From NCBI RefSeq assembly GCF_055900595.2, contig NZ_CM148325.1: 64,000 nucleotides of DNA; one strand, given 5' to 3'. Under the pieces are notes generated by a model. It did not search any database and was not told the DNA's origin. It saw only the letters and a list, made by a program, of their open reading frames with translations. Positions 1-11,842 of this stretch are shown piece after piece; within the stretch, counting starts at the first letter, position 1, and the number at the start of each line of letters is the position of its first letter. The translations under genes were made by a program, and so were the position numbers.

Positions 1-955
1 CAACCAGCAGGTAACGAGCCAGTGAGTTAGCGTTCACTTCGCGGATAAACTTGTCGTAGTACGCCAGCACTGCCGGGATAATCCCGCACGCACCGTTAGT
101 CGGCGCAGTCACCACGCGACCGCCCGCAGCGTTCTCTTCGTTCACTGCCAGCGCAAACATGTTGATCCAGTCAACAACTGCCATCGGATCAGTGGTGGTT
201 TTATCCTGGCTAACCAGCATCCGGCGCAGTGCCGCAGCGCGGCGTGGAACGCGCAGTTTGCCTGGCAAAACGCCTTCGGTGACAATACCGCGCTCAATAC
301 CGCCACGCATTACTTCCCAGACATTCGCCAGGTGCTGTTCCAGTTCTTCTTTGCTGTGCAGCGCCAGCTCGTTTTTCATCATCAGACCAGAGAGTGACAG
401 CCCGGTCTCCTGACAATGTTTTTGAAGATCGGCAGCGGAACTGTACGGATAAGGAACTTCAACCGGTGCGCTATCCTGCTGACCAAAATGTTCTTCATCA
501 ACGATAAAGCCACCGCCGATAGAGTAGTAAGTCTGACTGTAAACGACTTTATCGCCCGCCAGCGCGGTAATGCGCATGCCGTTTTCATGTAGAGAAAGGT
601 TATCGGCATGGAAGTTCATGCACTGATCAACCGGGAACTCCACTTCGTGCTGACCGTTTGCCAACATCAGGCGACCATGAGTATTCACATCCTGAATAAA
701 ACCAGGGATGGAATCGATATCCACGGTATCCGGCAGGTTACCCGCCAGACCCATAATTATGGCGATATCTGTGTGGTGGCCTTTACCGGTCAGAGAGAGC
801 GAGCCGTACACGTCAACCACCACGCGGGTCACGTCTTTAAGCAGGTTACGGGCAATCAGATCGTCGGTAAATTGCTTACCCGCTTTCATTGGTCCAACGG
901 TATGAGAACTGGAAGGGCCAATGCCGATTTTGAAAATATCGAATACGCTAATCAT
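1..955 (-). CDS. sdaB: L-serine dehydratase 2, N-terminal part (3' end lies off-window)
   Basis: Reverse complement from ATG at 953-955 translates MISVF..., matching the recalled SdaB N-terminus; lies directly downstream of sdaC on the same strand. Confidence 0.88.
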   Translation of the reverse strand, partial: MISVFDIFKIGIGPSSSHTVGPMKAGKQFTDDLIARNLLKDVTRVVVDVYGSLSLTGKGHHTDIAIIMGLAGNLPDTVDIDSIPGFIQDVNTHGRLMLANGQHEVEFPVDQCMNFHADNLSLHENGMRITALAGDKVVYSQTYYSIGGGFIVDEEHFGQQDSAPVEVPYPYSSAADLQKHCQETGLSLSGLMMKNELALHSKEELEQHLANVWEVMRGGIERGIVTEGVLPGKLRVPRRAAALRRMLVSQDKTTTDPMAVVDWINMFALAVNEENAAGGRVVTAPTNGACGIIPAVLAYYDKFIREVNANSLARYLLV

Positions 956-1012
956 AGGAAATACATCGCGTTAAAACGGAGGAAGCGCCGCCCGAAAGCG
1001 GCGCGAAAGGAC

Positions 1013-2302
1013 TTAGCTGAACAGAGAGTAGAAGATTGCGGAGATTGCAATCAGACCCATCACGACAACGAATACGTTGCTGATGTGACCGCTGTATTTA
1101 CGCATTGCCGGTACTTTCTGAATTGCGTACATCGGCATCAGGAACAGGATCATCGCGATGATTGGGCCGCCCAGGGTTTCAATCATACCCAGGATGCTCG
1201 GGTTCAGGGTGGCAACAATCCAGGTCGTTACCAGCATGAACAGCGCAGTGATACGGTTCAGCTTGTTGATTTCGATAGACTTACCTTTACCACGCAGAGA
1301 TTTAATCACCATACCGTTGAAGCCTTCACGTGCGCCCAGGTAGTGGCCGAGGAAGGATTTGGTGATAGCGATAATCGCGATAATCGGAGCCATCCACGCG
1401 ATGATCGGCGCGTTAAAGTGGTTAGCCAGGTAAGACAGAATCGAGATGTTCTGCTCTTTAGCCGCAGCCAGGTCTGCCGGAGTCAGGCTCAGTACGCAGC
1501 TGAAGACGAAGAACATTACGGTCAGCACCATCATGATGTGTGCGAATGCCAGGATCTTCGAGCATTTCTGTTCTGCCATATCGCCGTACTCTTCACGCTT
1601 CGCAACGGCGAAAGAAGAGATGATCGGAGAGTGGTTGAACGAGAACACCATGACCGGAATCGCCAGCCACAGGGTCATCCACAGACCGTTGCCGGTTGCC
1701 GATGCAGTGTCCAGAGACAGCGTTTCCAGTGCTGCGCCGTTCCACTGCGGGATCAGGTACAGAGCCAGCAGCATCAGTACACCAACAAACGGGAATACCA
1801 GAATACTCATCGCCTTCACGATCATCTGCTCACCGAAGCGAACAATGGTCATCATACCCACAATCAGGATCAGAGACAGAATCGCACGCGGCGGCGGCGT
1901 CATACCCAGCTGGTGAGACATGAAGCTTTCAACCGTGTTGGTGATTGCCACACTGTAAACCAGCAGGATCGGGTAGATAGCAAAGAAGTAGAGCAGGGTA
2001 ATCAGTTTACCTGCACCAATACCAAAGTGTTCTTCTACAACCTCGGTGATGTCTTCGCCTGGGTTTTTACCAGACAGTACGAAGCGAGTCAGGCCGCGGT
2101 GAGCAAAAAACGTCATCGGGAACGCAAGGATAGCCATGATGATCAGCGGGATCATACCGCCAACACCGGCGTTGATTGGCAGGAACAGCACGCCCGCGCC
2201 GATTGCCGTGCCGTAAAGGCCCAGCATCCACATGGTGTCTGTCTTGCGCCATGCACTACGTGAGTCTTTCGACACAATCGTGCTGGTTTGAGTCGTTTCC
2301 AT
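1013..2302 (-). CDS. sdaC: Serine:H+ symporter SdaC
   Basis: ORF 1013..2305 (430 aa) [21 protein letters not shown]..., multi-pass membrane protein; start taken at second Met to give the recalled 429 aa. Confidence 0.92.
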   Translation of the reverse strand: METTQTSTIVSKDSRSAWRKTDTMWMLGLYGTAIGAGVLFLPINAGVGGMIPLIIMAILAFPMTFFAHRGLTRFVLSGKNPGEDITEVVEEHFGIGAGKLITLLYFFAIYPILLVYSVAITNTVESFMSHQLGMTPPPRAILSLILIVGMMTIVRFGEQMIVKAMSILVFPFVGVLMLLALYLIPQWNGAALETLSLDTASATGNGLWMTLWLAIPVMVFSFNHSPIISSFAVAKREEYGDMAEQKCSKILAFAHIMMVLTVMFFVFSCVLSLTPADLAAAKEQNISILSYLANHFNAPIIAWMAPIIAIIAITKSFLGHYLGAREGFNGMVIKSLRGKGKSIEINKLNRITALFMLVTTWIVATLNPSILGMIETLGGPIIAMILFLMPMYAIQKVPAMRKYSGHISNVFVVVMGLIAISAIFYSLFS

Positions 2303-2858
2303 CAATTTCTCCTGGAGGAATGCAAATAATTCAGCTTTTAGCCAGTTCAGCCCGGGAAGGTGCCTGACCGTAAAAATGAAATCTGTCTATCGGCGATGGC
2401 TTAATCATTTTCCGCCGTAATAATTTGAGGGCGGAAAGATACACACAAGTTATGTATCTATCAGTGATCTTGATCTCAAATACAATAATCTACTTGGAAG
2501 ATAGATAATCTCAACGCTTTACTCTGTAAATCAAAAGTAAAAGAGAATTTAAGGGCAATATTTGCCCATTAAACGACATCTGACCTCTTCCGGGGCGCGC
2601 AATATATGTAGGTTGAGCTGAAAAAATCAATACTTTTAGTGAATAATGGGGATAATTTATTTTTCATAGCGATAAAATGTGGTTTGTGAAAACAGGGAAA
2701 CGTTTGCGTTGTAATATAAATTGTATGACATATTAACTGTGATGATGTTTATCGCGTGAGGACGGTAAGAAACATTTATATAACAAATGAAATGAATTGA
2801 TGGGTAAGTAACCAAAAACGAGAAAACCCGGCAACTAATGTCACCGGGGAAGGGGAGA

Positions 2859-4223
2859 TTACGTGCAGATTTCGTAGCAAGGGATGTACGCTGAGCCTGG
2901 CAACTTCATACGATGCTGGGCAACAAAACCCTGTAGCAGGTCGTCCATACGACGCATAATCTCTTTATCGCCGTTGATTTTGTAAGGACCAAACTCTTCA
3001 ATGGCGCGAATACCGACTTCTTTTACGTTACCCGCCACAATACCGGAGAAGGCACGACGCAGATCAGCGGCCAAAACTTCTACTGGCTGATCCGGGTACA
3101 GTTTCAGATTAGCCATGTTCTCGTGAGACGGCTCAAACGGCATTTGCAGATCGGGCGCAATACGCATTGACCAGTTAAAGCTGTAGGCATCGCCCGTATC
3201 GCGACGGTTTTCTTTCACCAGCGGCATCGATTTTTTCATCTGACGAGCGACTTCAGCGGCGTCATCAATGATGATGCGATAATGGCGTCGCGCGTTTTCT
3301 CCCAGCGTATGCACGACAAACTCGTCCAGTACGCGGAAATAGTCGGCGCTCTCTTTTGGCCCGGTGAGGATCAATGGTAAAACCTGATCTTTGTTGGCCG
3401 GATTCATTAAAATTCCCAGCAAATACAGCAACTCTTCTGCCGTACCCACACCGCCAGGGAAGATAATGATGCCGTGAGCGATACGAACAAAAGCTTCCAG
3501 ACGTTTTTCGATATCCGGCATGATGATCAATTCGTTGACCAGCGGGTTAGGCGGTTCAGCGGCGATAATCGACGGCTCTGTCATACCAATAAAACGACTG
3601 TCTTTGTAACGCTGCTGTGCGTGTCCGACCGCAGCACCTTTCATCGGCGCTTCCATCGCTCCCGGACCACAGCCGGTGCAGATATTCAGCTCACGCAGGC
3701 CCAGCTGATTCCCGACGCGACGGGCATACAAATACTCGTTTTCGTTAATTGAGTGCCCGCCCCAGCAGACCACCATATTTGGCGCTTCACCGACATGCAG
3801 CGCACGAGCGTTACGCAAGATGGAAAAGACCAGGTTAGTGATGTGGACGGAGTTGTCGAGATTCAGGTTGGGAAAACGAACGGTGTTATGGATTTGCCCG
3901 TAAACGAAGAGAATGTCACGCAGAACCGCGAACAAGTTGGCCTGCAAAGCGCGGATAATACGCCCATCGACAAAAGCATCTTCCGGTGGATTAATCAGTT
4001 CCAGCTTTACGCCGCGTTCACGGCGCAGGACGTTAATATCGAAATTTTCAAAACGAGACAGCAATTCTTTGCTGTTATCGGTCAAACTACCGGAGTTCAG
4101 TACGGCAAGTGAACAGTTGCGAAACAGTTGATAGAGGTCGCTGCTGGCGGTGCGTTTAAGCATATCCACTTCCAGCTGCGACAACATATCCATGGAGCCA
4201 AGCGGGCTAATATGTGTAATCAA
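2859..4223 (-). CDS. ppnN: Nucleotide 5'-monophosphate nucleosidase PpnN (LOG family, YgdH)
   Basis: 454-aa [27 protein letters not shown]... with PGGxGTxEE LOG-type motif. Confidence 0.88.
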   Translation of the reverse strand: MITHISPLGSMDMLSQLEVDMLKRTASSDLYQLFRNCSLAVLNSGSLTDNSKELLSRFENFDINVLRRERGVKLELINPPEDAFVDGRIIRALQANLFAVLRDILFVYGQIHNTVRFPNLNLDNSVHITNLVFSILRNARALHVGEAPNMVVCWGGHSINENEYLYARRVGNQLGLRELNICTGCGPGAMEAPMKGAAVGHAQQRYKDSRFIGMTEPSIIAAEPPNPLVNELIIMPDIEKRLEAFVRIAHGIIIFPGGVGTAEELLYLLGILMNPANKDQVLPLILTGPKESADYFRVLDEFVVHTLGENARRHYRIIIDDAAEVARQMKKSMPLVKENRRDTGDAYSFNWSMRIAPDLQMPFEPSHENMANLKLYPDQPVEVLAADLRRAFSGIVAGNVKEVGIRAIEEFGPYKINGDKEIMRRMDDLLQGFVAQHRMKLPGSAYIPCYEICT

Positions 4224-4334
4224 GAAAAACTCCTTATGGGACGAATATCGTCATTCCCTTTGATTACAATAGCCCTGCCTGATGACCTTTCACAACCTTC
4301 TGCGTGAATCCAGCACGCAAAATTGAGAAAAAAT

Positions 4335-5183
4335 TTATTGCCGAACCAGTCTTGTGGTCGATGGGACAAAATCGCTATTACTGCGCCACGGGTTAATGTC
4401 CAGACCGCCACGACGGGTATAACGTGCGTAAACGCTCAATTTCTCTGGCTGGCAGAAGCGTAACAGGTCATTAAAGATGCGTTCCACGCACTGTTCGTGG
4501 AACTCGTTGTGATGACGGAATGAGACCAGGTAACGCAGCAGTTTTTCTCTGTCAATTTGGCGTCCACGATACTGAATTTGGATCGAACCCCAATCTGGTT
4601 GATGGGTGATCAGGCAGTTTGATTTCAGCAGGTGGCTGACGAGCGTCTCTTCTACTACTTTTTCACCACTGGTGGCATTCTCAAGATAGTCAGTAGTGAA
4701 TTCATAGTTATCGATAGTGATATCCTGGTCATCAATGCAGGTGCCATTGAAATGACCTATCGGCTGGCCTTCCAGTTCATCAAGACGATATAACGCCACG
4801 CTAACCTTACCCTGAGCGCAAGTGCTTAAGTCGCGCTCCAGCGTCTGGCGCACCTCATCCCAGTTATTAAAACGCGTCTGGTTAAAACTGTTGAGATAAA
4901 GCTTAAAACTCTTCGACTCAATCAGATTTACGCTGGTGTAATCAAGTTCAACATGACCGACAGCGACCTGCGGCAAACCTTTCGCATTCAGCCAGGAAAG
5001 TTCATACAGCGTCCAGATATCCGTACCGTGAAAAGGCAGGTTATCCGCTTTCAGACCCAGCGGGTCGCGATTCAGGCTGCGTGGAACGCCTTGCAGTAGG
5101 CTGGCGTCATAGGTATCCCGGTAATCGGTTGATTTTCCAAGAGTCAGGCCCGCAAGTGCCTGATGGTTTGCATAAGAAGACAT
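4335..5183 (-). CDS. queF: NADPH-dependent 7-cyano-7-deazaguanine reductase QueF
   Basis: 282-aa [29 protein letters not shown]..., length and sequence fit two-domain QueF. Confidence 0.9.
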   Translation of the reverse strand: MSSYANHQALAGLTLGKSTDYRDTYDASLLQGVPRSLNRDPLGLKADNLPFHGTDIWTLYELSWLNAKGLPQVAVGHVELDYTSVNLIESKSFKLYLNSFNQTRFNNWDEVRQTLERDLSTCAQGKVSVALYRLDELEGQPIGHFNGTCIDDQDITIDNYEFTTDYLENATSGEKVVEETLVSHLLKSNCLITHQPDWGSIQIQYRGRQIDREKLLRYLVSFRHHNEFHEQCVERIFNDLLRFCQPEKLSVYARYTRRGGLDINPWRSNSDFVPSTTRLVRQ

Positions 5184-5250
5184 GTTTCACCGTCATAAAC
5201 CAGATAAACTAAACGACAAGTGTATCTGGTTTAAGTGAAGAGAGAAATTA

Positions 5251-5796
5251 GTGGACGATTTGACCGCACAAGCCCTGAAAGATTTTACTGCACGCTACTG
5301 CGATGCGTGGCATGAAGAGCATAAAAGCTGGCCGTTAAGTGAGGAACTGTACGGCGTTCCTTCACCGTGCATTATTTCAACCACCGAAGACGCTGTATAC
5401 TGGCAACCCCAGCCGTTTACCGGTGAACAAAATGTAAACGCGGTTGAACGTGCTTTTGATATTGTGATACAACCCACGGTTCATACTTTTTACACGACCC
5501 AGTTTGCCGGGGATATGCACGCGCAGTTTGGCGATATCAAACTGACATTGCTGCAAACCTGGAGTGAAGACGACTTCCGTCGGGTGCAGGAAAATCTGAT
5601 TGGTCATCTGGTGACTCAGAAAAGGCTAAAACTGCCGCCCACGCTATTTATCGCGACGCTGGAAGAAGAGTTAGAGGTCATCTCGGTGTGTAATCTCTCC
5701 GGTGAAGTGTGCAAAGAGACGCTGGGAACACGTAAACGGACGCATTTAGCCTCAAATCTTGCGGAATTCCTTAATCAACTTAAGCCTCTTCTGTAA
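5251..5796 (+). CDS. syd: SecY-interacting protein Syd
   Basis: 181-aa [38 protein letters not shown]... Confidence 0.88.
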   Translation: MDDLTAQALKDFTARYCDAWHEEHKSWPLSEELYGVPSPCIISTTEDAVYWQPQPFTGEQNVNAVERAFDIVIQPTVHTFYTTQFAGDMHAQFGDIKLTLLQTWSEDDFRRVQENLIGHLVTQKRLKLPPTLFIATLEEELEVISVCNLSGEVCKETLGTRKRTHLASNLAEFLNQLKPLL

Positions 5797-5815
5797 TCCA
5801 AATACCCCATCTTGT

Positions 5816-5833
5816 TGTGAGAGATCTCTTACA
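5816..5833. promoter_or_regulatory. UvrY/SirA-type response-regulator box upstream of csrB
   Basis: Perfect 18-bp palindrome TGTGAGAGATCTCTTACA centred about 183 bp upstream of the inferred csrB 5' end. Confidence 0.7.
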
Positions 5834-6006
5834 GACTCTGTAGGAGATCGCCAGGAAATAAGCGAATACTTAAAAAGATAAGAATCGTTATTTTCATTTA
5901 AAATCAATATATTGCTTGTTAATTCCTAACTTTCATATGAAATTTTCCTTAAGGCATTGTCTGTAAGCGCCTTGTAAGACTTCGCGAAAAAGACGATTCT
6001 ATCTTC

Positions 6007-6370
6007 GTCGACAGGGAGTCAGACAACGAAGTGAACATCAGGATGATGACACTTCTGCAGGACACACCAGGAGGGTGTTTCAGGGAAAGGCTTCTGGATG
6101 AAGCGAAGAGGATGACGCAGGACGCGTTAAAGGACACCTCCAGGATGGAGAATGAGAACCGGTCAGGATGATTCGGTGGGTCAGGAAGGCCAGGGACACT
6201 TCAGGATGAAGTATCACATCGGGGTGGTGTGAGCAGGAAGCAATAGTTCAGGATGAACGATTGGCCGCAAGGCCAGAGGAAAAGTTGTCAAGGATGAGCA
6301 GGGAGCAACAAAAGTAGCTGGAATGCTGCGAAACGAACCGGGAGCACTGTGAATACAGTGCTCCCTTTTT
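6007..6370 (+). ncRNA. csrB: CsrB small RNA (CsrA-sequestering)
   Basis: About 360 nt with no long ORF, many CAGGATG/AGGA motifs spaced along it, ending in a GC stem plus T-run; 5' end approximate. Confidence 0.9.
6339..6370 (+). terminator. csrB intrinsic terminator
   Basis: Stem GGGAGCACTG / CAGTGCTCCC followed by TTTTT. Confidence 0.8.
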
Positions 6371-6371
6371 G

Positions 6372-7085
6372 TGCACAGAAAACCCCCAGCTAGGCTGGGG
6401 GTTCCGGAAAGCTTTCAGCTTTGAGCCAGTTATTAAAACCCCTTTTGATTTGTTAAAACACCTTGCGGTCTGGCAACTGCAAGTGTCAAACAAGAAATCA
6501 AAAGGGGGTCCCAATGGGGGACGAAAAGAGCTTAGCGCACACCCGCTGGAACTGTAAATATCACATAGTTTTTGCGCCGAAATACCGAAGACTGGCGTTT
6601 TACGGAGAGAAGCGTAGGGCGATAGGCAGTATTTTGAGAAAGCTGTGTGAGTGGAAAAGCGTACGGATTCTGGAAGCAGAGTGCTGCGCAGATCATATCC
6701 ATATGCTTGTGGAAATCCCACCCAAAATGAGCGTATCCGGCTTTATGGGATATCTGAAAGGGAAAAGCAGTCTGATGCTTTACGAGCAGTTTGGGGATTT
6801 GAAATTCAAATACAGAAACAGGGAGTTCTGGTGCCGAGGGTACTATGTCGATACGGTGGGTAAGAACACGGCGAAGATACAGGACTACATAAAGCACCAG
6901 CTTGAAGAGGATAAAATGGGGGAGCAGTTATCGATTCCATATCCGGGCAGCCCGTTTACGGGCCGTAAGTAACGAAGTTGAATGCAAATGTCAGATCGTA
7001 TGCGCCTGTTAGGGCGCGGCTGGTAACAGAGCCTTACAGGCGCATTTGAAAAACCTCCGGCTATGCCGGAGGATATTTATTTTTA
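6372..7085 (+). mobile_element. IS200-like insertion sequence (IS200/IS605 family); boundaries approximate
   Basis: About 710 bp unit holding a 152-aa Y1-transposase ORF, a perfect palindrome CCCCCAGCTAGGCTGGGGG at the left end and stem-loops at the right end; no inverted terminal repeats, as expected for IS200. Confidence 0.72.
6514..6972 (+). CDS. tnpA: IS200 transposase TnpA (HUH/Y1 type)
   Basis: MGDEKSLAHTRWNCKYHIVFAPKYRR...HIHMLVEIPPKMSVSGFMGYLKGKSS...; 152 aa from the internal Met of ORF 6463..6972. Confidence 0.9.
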   Translation: MGDEKSLAHTRWNCKYHIVFAPKYRRLAFYGEKRRAIGSILRKLCEWKSVRILEAECCADHIHMLVEIPPKMSVSGFMGYLKGKSSLMLYEQFGDLKFKYRNREFWCRGYYVDTVGKNTAKIQDYIKHQLEEDKMGEQLSIPYPGSPFTGRK

Positions 7086-7129
7086 TTCCTGCTATCCTTC
7101 GCGGCAGTTTTTCTTATTGAGGTTGCTTT

Positions 7130-7459
7130 ATGACCACTCATGACCGCGTTCGTCTCCAGTTGCAGGCGCTTGAAGCATTACTGCGTGAACATCAGCACTG
7201 GCGAAACGATGATCCTCAGCCGCATCAATTTAACAGTACCCAACCGTTCTTTATGGACACCATGGAACCACTGGAGTGGTTGCAATGGGTGCTGATCCCG
7301 CGAATGCACGATTTGTTAGATAATAACCAGCCATTACCGGGCGCTTTTGCTGTTGCACCCTATTATGAAATGGCGCTGGCGACGGACCATCCGCAACGCG
7401 CGCTTATTCTGGCTGAGCTGGAAAAACTGGATGCTCTTTTTGCGGATGATGCGAGCTGA
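7130..7459 (+). CDS. yqcC: DUF446 protein YqcC
   Basis: 109-aa ORF immediately upstream of truC with stop/start overlap. Confidence 0.8.
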   Translation: MTTHDRVRLQLQALEALLREHQHWRNDDPQPHQFNSTQPFFMDTMEPLEWLQWVLIPRMHDLLDNNQPLPGAFAVAPYYEMALATDHPQRALILAELEKLDALFADDAS

Positions 7460-8241
7460 TGCTGGAAATAATCTACCAGGATGAATGGCTGGTTGCGGTA
7501 AATAAACCCTCCGGCTGGCTGGTTCACCGCAGCTGGCTGGATCGCGACGAGAAAGTGGTGGTTATGCAAACCGTGCGTGACCAGATTGGTCAGCATGTAT
7601 TTACCGCGCATCGGCTGGATCGACCGACGTCCGGCGTATTGCTGATGGGACTATCCAGCGAGGCCGGACGGCTGCTGGCACAACAGTTTGAACAGCACCA
7701 AATCCAGAAACGTTACCATGCGATTGTGCGCGGCTGGCTGATGGAAGAGGCTGTGCTGGATTATCCGCTGGTGGAAGAACTGGACAAAATCGCTGATAAA
7801 TTCGTCCGCGAAGATAAAGGTCCACAGCCAGCGGTGACACATTATCGCGGTCTGGCGACCGTAGAAATGCCTGTAGCGACCGGACGTTACCCGACTACGC
7901 GCTACGGTCTGGTGGAACTGGAGCCGAAAACAGGACGCAAGCATCAGCTCCGTCGCCATCTTGCCCACTTGCGCCATCCGATTATTGGCGACAGCAAACA
8001 TGGTGATTTACGTCAAAATCGTAGCGGTGCTGAACATTTTGGCCTTCAGCGGTTAATGCTGCATGCCAGTCAGTTGTCATTGACACATCCTTTTACTGGC
8101 GAGCCGTTGACTATTCACGCGGGCCTGGACGGCACCTGGATGCAGGCGTTATCACAATTTGGCTGGCGGGGTCTGCTTCCTGAAAATGAAAGGGTTGAGT
8201 TCAGTGCGCCATCGGGTCAGGATGGAGAGATAAGTTCCTAA
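7459..8241 (+). CDS. truC: tRNA pseudouridine(65) synthase TruC
   Basis: 260-aa [28 protein letters not shown]... with the RluA-family HRLDRPTSG motif. Confidence 0.9.
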   Translation: MLEIIYQDEWLVAVNKPSGWLVHRSWLDRDEKVVVMQTVRDQIGQHVFTAHRLDRPTSGVLLMGLSSEAGRLLAQQFEQHQIQKRYHAIVRGWLMEEAVLDYPLVEELDKIADKFVREDKGPQPAVTHYRGLATVEMPVATGRYPTTRYGLVELEPKTGRKHQLRRHLAHLRHPIIGDSKHGDLRQNRSGAEHFGLQRLMLHASQLSLTHPFTGEPLTIHAGLDGTWMQALSQFGWRGLLPENERVEFSAPSGQDGEISS

Positions 8242-8258
8242 TCCAGGGAGAAAACGGT

Positions 8259-8708
8259 ATGGCGGAAATTGGTATTTTTGTGGGCACAATGTACGGAAAT
8301 TCGCTGTTAGTGGCGGAAGAAGCGGAAGCAATTCTGACCGCGCAGGGCCACAAAGCAACGGTATTTGAAGATCCTGAATTAAGCGACTGGCTGCCCTATC
8401 AGGATAAGTATGTTCTGGTGGTTACGTCCACGACCGGGCAGGGCGACCTTCCTGATAGCATTGTGCCGCTCTTTCAGGGAATTAAAGATACCCTGGGCTT
8501 CCAGCCGAATCTGCGTTATGGCGTGATTGCGCTCGGCGACAGTAGTTATGTGAATTTCTGCAATGGCGGCAAACAGTTCGATGCCTTGTTGCAGGAACAG
8601 AGTGCGCAGCGGATAGGGGAAATGCTGCTGATTGACGCCAGTGATAACCCGGAACCGGAAACGGAATCAAATCCGTGGGTCGAACAGTGGGGCACGCTGT
8701 TGTCCTGA
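8259..8708 (+). CDS. yqcA: Flavodoxin-like protein YqcA
   Basis: 149-aa [26 protein letters not shown]... flavodoxin fold signature. Confidence 0.85.
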   Translation: MAEIGIFVGTMYGNSLLVAEEAEAILTAQGHKATVFEDPELSDWLPYQDKYVLVVTSTTGQGDLPDSIVPLFQGIKDTLGFQPNLRYGVIALGDSSYVNFCNGGKQFDALLQEQSAQRIGEMLLIDASDNPEPETESNPWVEQWGTLLS

Positions 8709-9127
8709 AAAATTGCCGTTTTAAGCAAACTGAATCGAATCTTTTCAGGCAAATGCCAGTAAAAACTGCTTCATAGCGCGGATTTTTACTGGCGTTTGCC
8801 TGGAGTCAAGCGATCCATTTCATACTCTTCTTTATTTCTTCGTTTTAACCCTTCCTTTCTTGTTCTTGTTTTCATTTCCGTGAAGTGGATTCCACCGTCC
8901 AGGGCTAATGCCAAAATCGGGCCTCATTGAACGCATTAATGTTGTGTTGTTGCACGGTGAGCCGCTATGGCGCGCTTTTTATACTGTTATTGCCAGATAT
9001 AAACACGCGCCGTATTCGGCGAACGACCTATAAAAACGGCAAAAAATACCCTACGTCACCTCTGATTTCCTGGCGATGTCGCAGTCCAGAGTGAGCGTGG
9101 CTAACGCGAATTTTCAGGAGTGCAACA

Positions 9128-10480
9128 ATGAGTTCTTTAAGTCAGGCTGCGAGCAGTGTGGAAAAACGCACGAATGCTCGTTACTGGATAGTGGTGATGT
9201 TGTTTATCGTCACATCCTTCAACTACGGCGACCGCGCTACGCTCTCTATCGCCGGTTCGGAAATGGCCAAAGATATCGGCCTTGATCCTGTGGGAATGGG
9301 CTATGTGTTCTCTGCCTTCTCATGGGCTTATGTTATCGGGCAGATCCCTGGTGGCTGGTTGCTGGATCGTTTTGGTTCAAAACGCGTCTACTTTTGGTCG
9401 ATCTTTATCTGGTCGATGTTTACCTTGCTGCAAGGCTTCGTCGATATCTTTAGTGGATTCGGCATTATCGTTGCCCTGTTTACGCTGCGCTTCCTGGTCG
9501 GGCTTGCTGAAGCGCCATCTTTCCCTGGCAACAGCCGCATTGTTGCGGCCTGGTTTCCGGCGCAGGAAAGGGGAACGGCGGTGTCGATTTTTAACTCCGC
9601 CCAATACTTCGCAACGGTGATCTTCGCGCCGATTATGGGCTGGCTGACTCATGAAGTGGGTTGGTCACATGTCTTCTTCTTCATGGGCGGTCTGGGCATT
9701 GTCATCAGCTTTATCTGGTTGAAAGTCATCCATGAGCCAAATCAACATCCGGGCGTAAATCAGAAAGAGCTGGAGTACATCGCCGCGGGTGGTGCGCTGA
9801 TCAATATGGATCAGCAAAATACCAAAGTTAAAGTGTCGTTCAGCGTGAAGTGGGGGCAGATCAAACAGCTGCTCGGGTCACGGATGATGATCGGCGTTTA
9901 TATCGGTCAGTACTGTATCAACGCCCTGACTTACTTCTTCATTACCTGGTTTCCGGTTTATCTGGTGCAGGCACGCGGGATGTCGATTCTGAAAGCGGGC
10001 TTTGTGGCTTCCGTACCGGCGGTTTGCGGTTTTATCGGCGGCGTGTTGGGGGGGATTATTTCAGACTGGCTGATGCGCCGCACAGGTTCGCTGAACATTG
10101 CGCGTAAAACACCGATCGTGATGGGCATGTTGCTATCAATGGTGATGGTGTTCTGTAACTACGTCAACGTTGAGTGGATGATCATCGGCTTTATGGCGCT
10201 GGCCTTCTTCGGTAAGGGCATTGGGGCGCTGGGTTGGGCAGTAATGGCAGATACCGCGCCAAAAGAGATCAGCGGTCTTTCCGGTGGCCTGTTCAATATG
10301 TTTGGTAACATTTCCGGTATCGTCACGCCAATCGCAATTGGTTATATCGTTGGCACGACTGGCTCCTTTAATGGGGCGCTGATTTATGTTGGTGTTCATG
10401 CCCTAATCGCGGTACTGAGCTACCTGGTGCTGGTGGGCGATATCAAGCGTATCGAGTTGAAACCTGTTGCGGGGCAATAA
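9128..10480 (+). CDS. gudP: Glucarate/galactarate MFS transporter
   Basis: 450-aa multi-pass ORF directly upstream of gudX and gudD. Confidence 0.88.
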   Translation: MSSLSQAASSVEKRTNARYWIVVMLFIVTSFNYGDRATLSIAGSEMAKDIGLDPVGMGYVFSAFSWAYVIGQIPGGWLLDRFGSKRVYFWSIFIWSMFTLLQGFVDIFSGFGIIVALFTLRFLVGLAEAPSFPGNSRIVAAWFPAQERGTAVSIFNSAQYFATVIFAPIMGWLTHEVGWSHVFFFMGGLGIVISFIWLKVIHEPNQHPGVNQKELEYIAAGGALINMDQQNTKVKVSFSVKWGQIKQLLGSRMMIGVYIGQYCINALTYFFITWFPVYLVQARGMSILKAGFVASVPAVCGFIGGVLGGIISDWLMRRTGSLNIARKTPIVMGMLLSMVMVFCNYVNVEWMIIGFMALAFFGKGIGALGWAVMADTAPKEISGLSGGLFNMFGNISGIVTPIAIGYIVGTTGSFNGALIYVGVHALIAVLSYLVLVGDIKRIELKPVAGQ

Positions 10481-10481
10481 G

Positions 10482-11822
10482 ATGGCGACACAATCCAGTC
10501 CTGTTATTACTGATATGAAAGTCATTCCGGTGGCCGGGCATGACAGCATGTTGCTTAATATTGGTGGGGCACATAACGCATATTTCACCCGCAATATTGT
10601 GGTACTCACCGATAACGCCGGGCATACCGGTATTGGTGAAGCGCCCGGCGGAGAGGTGATTTATCAGACACTGGTCGATGCTATTCCGATGGTGCTGGGC
10701 CAGGAGGTCGCACGCCTGAATAAAGTGGTTCAGCAGGTGCATAAAGGTAATCAGGCAGCCGATTTTGATACCTTCGGCAAAGGTGCCTGGACTTTTGAAT
10801 TGCGCGTTAATGCCGTGGCGGCGCTGGAAGCCGCCTTGCTTGACCTGCTAGGTAAGGCGCTGAATGTTCCGGTCTGCGAACTGTTAGGGCCAGGCAAGCA
10901 ACGCGATGCTATTACTGTCCTCGGTTATCTGTTTTATATCGGTGATCGGACTAAAACCGATCTTCCTTATCTGGAAAATACGCCGGGCAACCATGAGTGG
11001 TATCAATTGCGGCATCAGAAAGCGATGAACAGCGAAGCCGTTGTGCGTCTGGCGGAAGCCTCACAGGATCGCTACGGCTTTAAAGATTTCAAACTTAAGG
11101 GCGGAGTGTTACCTGGCGAGCAAGAAATCGACACTGTTCGTGCATTGAAGAAACGCTTCCCGGATGCGCGGATTACCGTTGATCCCAACGGTGCATGGCT
11201 GCTTGATGAAGCCATTTCTCTGTGCAAAGGGCTGAATGATGTTCTTACCTATGCCGAAGATCCATGCGGAGCAGAACAGGGCTTCTCCGGACGTGAAGTG
11301 ATGGCGGAGTTTCGGCGGGCGACCGGCTTGCCCGTCGCGACTAATATGATCGCCACCAATTGGCGCGAAATGGGCCATGCGGTGATGCTCAATGCGGTAG
11401 ATATTCCACTTGCCGATCCGCACTTCTGGACGCTTTCCGGTGCAGTCCGCGTGGCGCAGCTTTGCGACGACTGGGGGCTGACCTGGGGCTGCCATTCCAA
11501 CAACCATTTCGATATCTCTCTGGCGATGTTTACCCATGTGGGTGCGGCGGCACCGGGTAATCCTACCGCTATCGATACCCACTGGATTTGGCAGGAGGGA
11601 GATTGTCGCCTGACCAAAAATCCGCTGGAGATTAAAAACGGAAAAATTGCCGTTCCTGATGCGCCCGGTCTGGGCGTGGAACTGGACTGGGAGCAGGTAC
11701 AAAAGGCGCATGAGGCCTATAAACGTCTGCCTGGCGGTGCGCGTAACGACGCAGGCCCGATGCAGTACCTGATCCCCGGCTGGACCTTTGACCGTAAACG
11801 TCCCGTTTTCGGCCGTCATTGA
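10482..11822 (+). CDS. gudX: Glucarate dehydratase-related protein (enolase superfamily)
   Basis: ORF from [31 protein letters not shown]...; paralogous to the next gene. Confidence 0.88.
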   Translation: MATQSSPVITDMKVIPVAGHDSMLLNIGGAHNAYFTRNIVVLTDNAGHTGIGEAPGGEVIYQTLVDAIPMVLGQEVARLNKVVQQVHKGNQAADFDTFGKGAWTFELRVNAVAALEAALLDLLGKALNVPVCELLGPGKQRDAITVLGYLFYIGDRTKTDLPYLENTPGNHEWYQLRHQKAMNSEAVVRLAEASQDRYGFKDFKLKGGVLPGEQEIDTVRALKKRFPDARITVDPNGAWLLDEAISLCKGLNDVLTYAEDPCGAEQGFSGREVMAEFRRATGLPVATNMIATNWREMGHAVMLNAVDIPLADPHFWTLSGAVRVAQLCDDWGLTWGCHSNNHFDISLAMFTHVGAAAPGNPTAIDTHWIWQEGDCRLTKNPLEIKNGKIAVPDAPGLGVELDWEQVQKAHEAYKRLPGGARNDAGPMQYLIPGWTFDRKRPVFGRH

Positions 11823-11842
11823 TTTTGAAAAAGGACATAAAG

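Noticed and set aside
608-2263. 551-aa plus-strand ORF with His/Arg/Asp-rich, low-complexity translation
   Set aside because: Lies entirely antisense to sdaB/sdaC; composition is non-protein-like and the sense-strand genes are clear, so it is a stop-free antisense frame rather than a gene.
6463-6513. 5' extension of the IS200 transposase ORF (MRSGNCKCQTRNQKGVP)
   Set aside because: Start reassigned to the internal Met at 6514, which gives the canonical 152-aa TnpA; the extension overlaps the element's structured left end.
8818-8885. Polypyrimidine (CT-rich) tract upstream of gudP
   Set aside because: No repeat periodicity or coding potential; most likely ordinary promoter or UTR sequence for the gud operon.
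9076-9285. 69-aa ORF overlapping the gudP start
   Set aside because: Out of frame with and overlapping the clear gudP start; no independent support.
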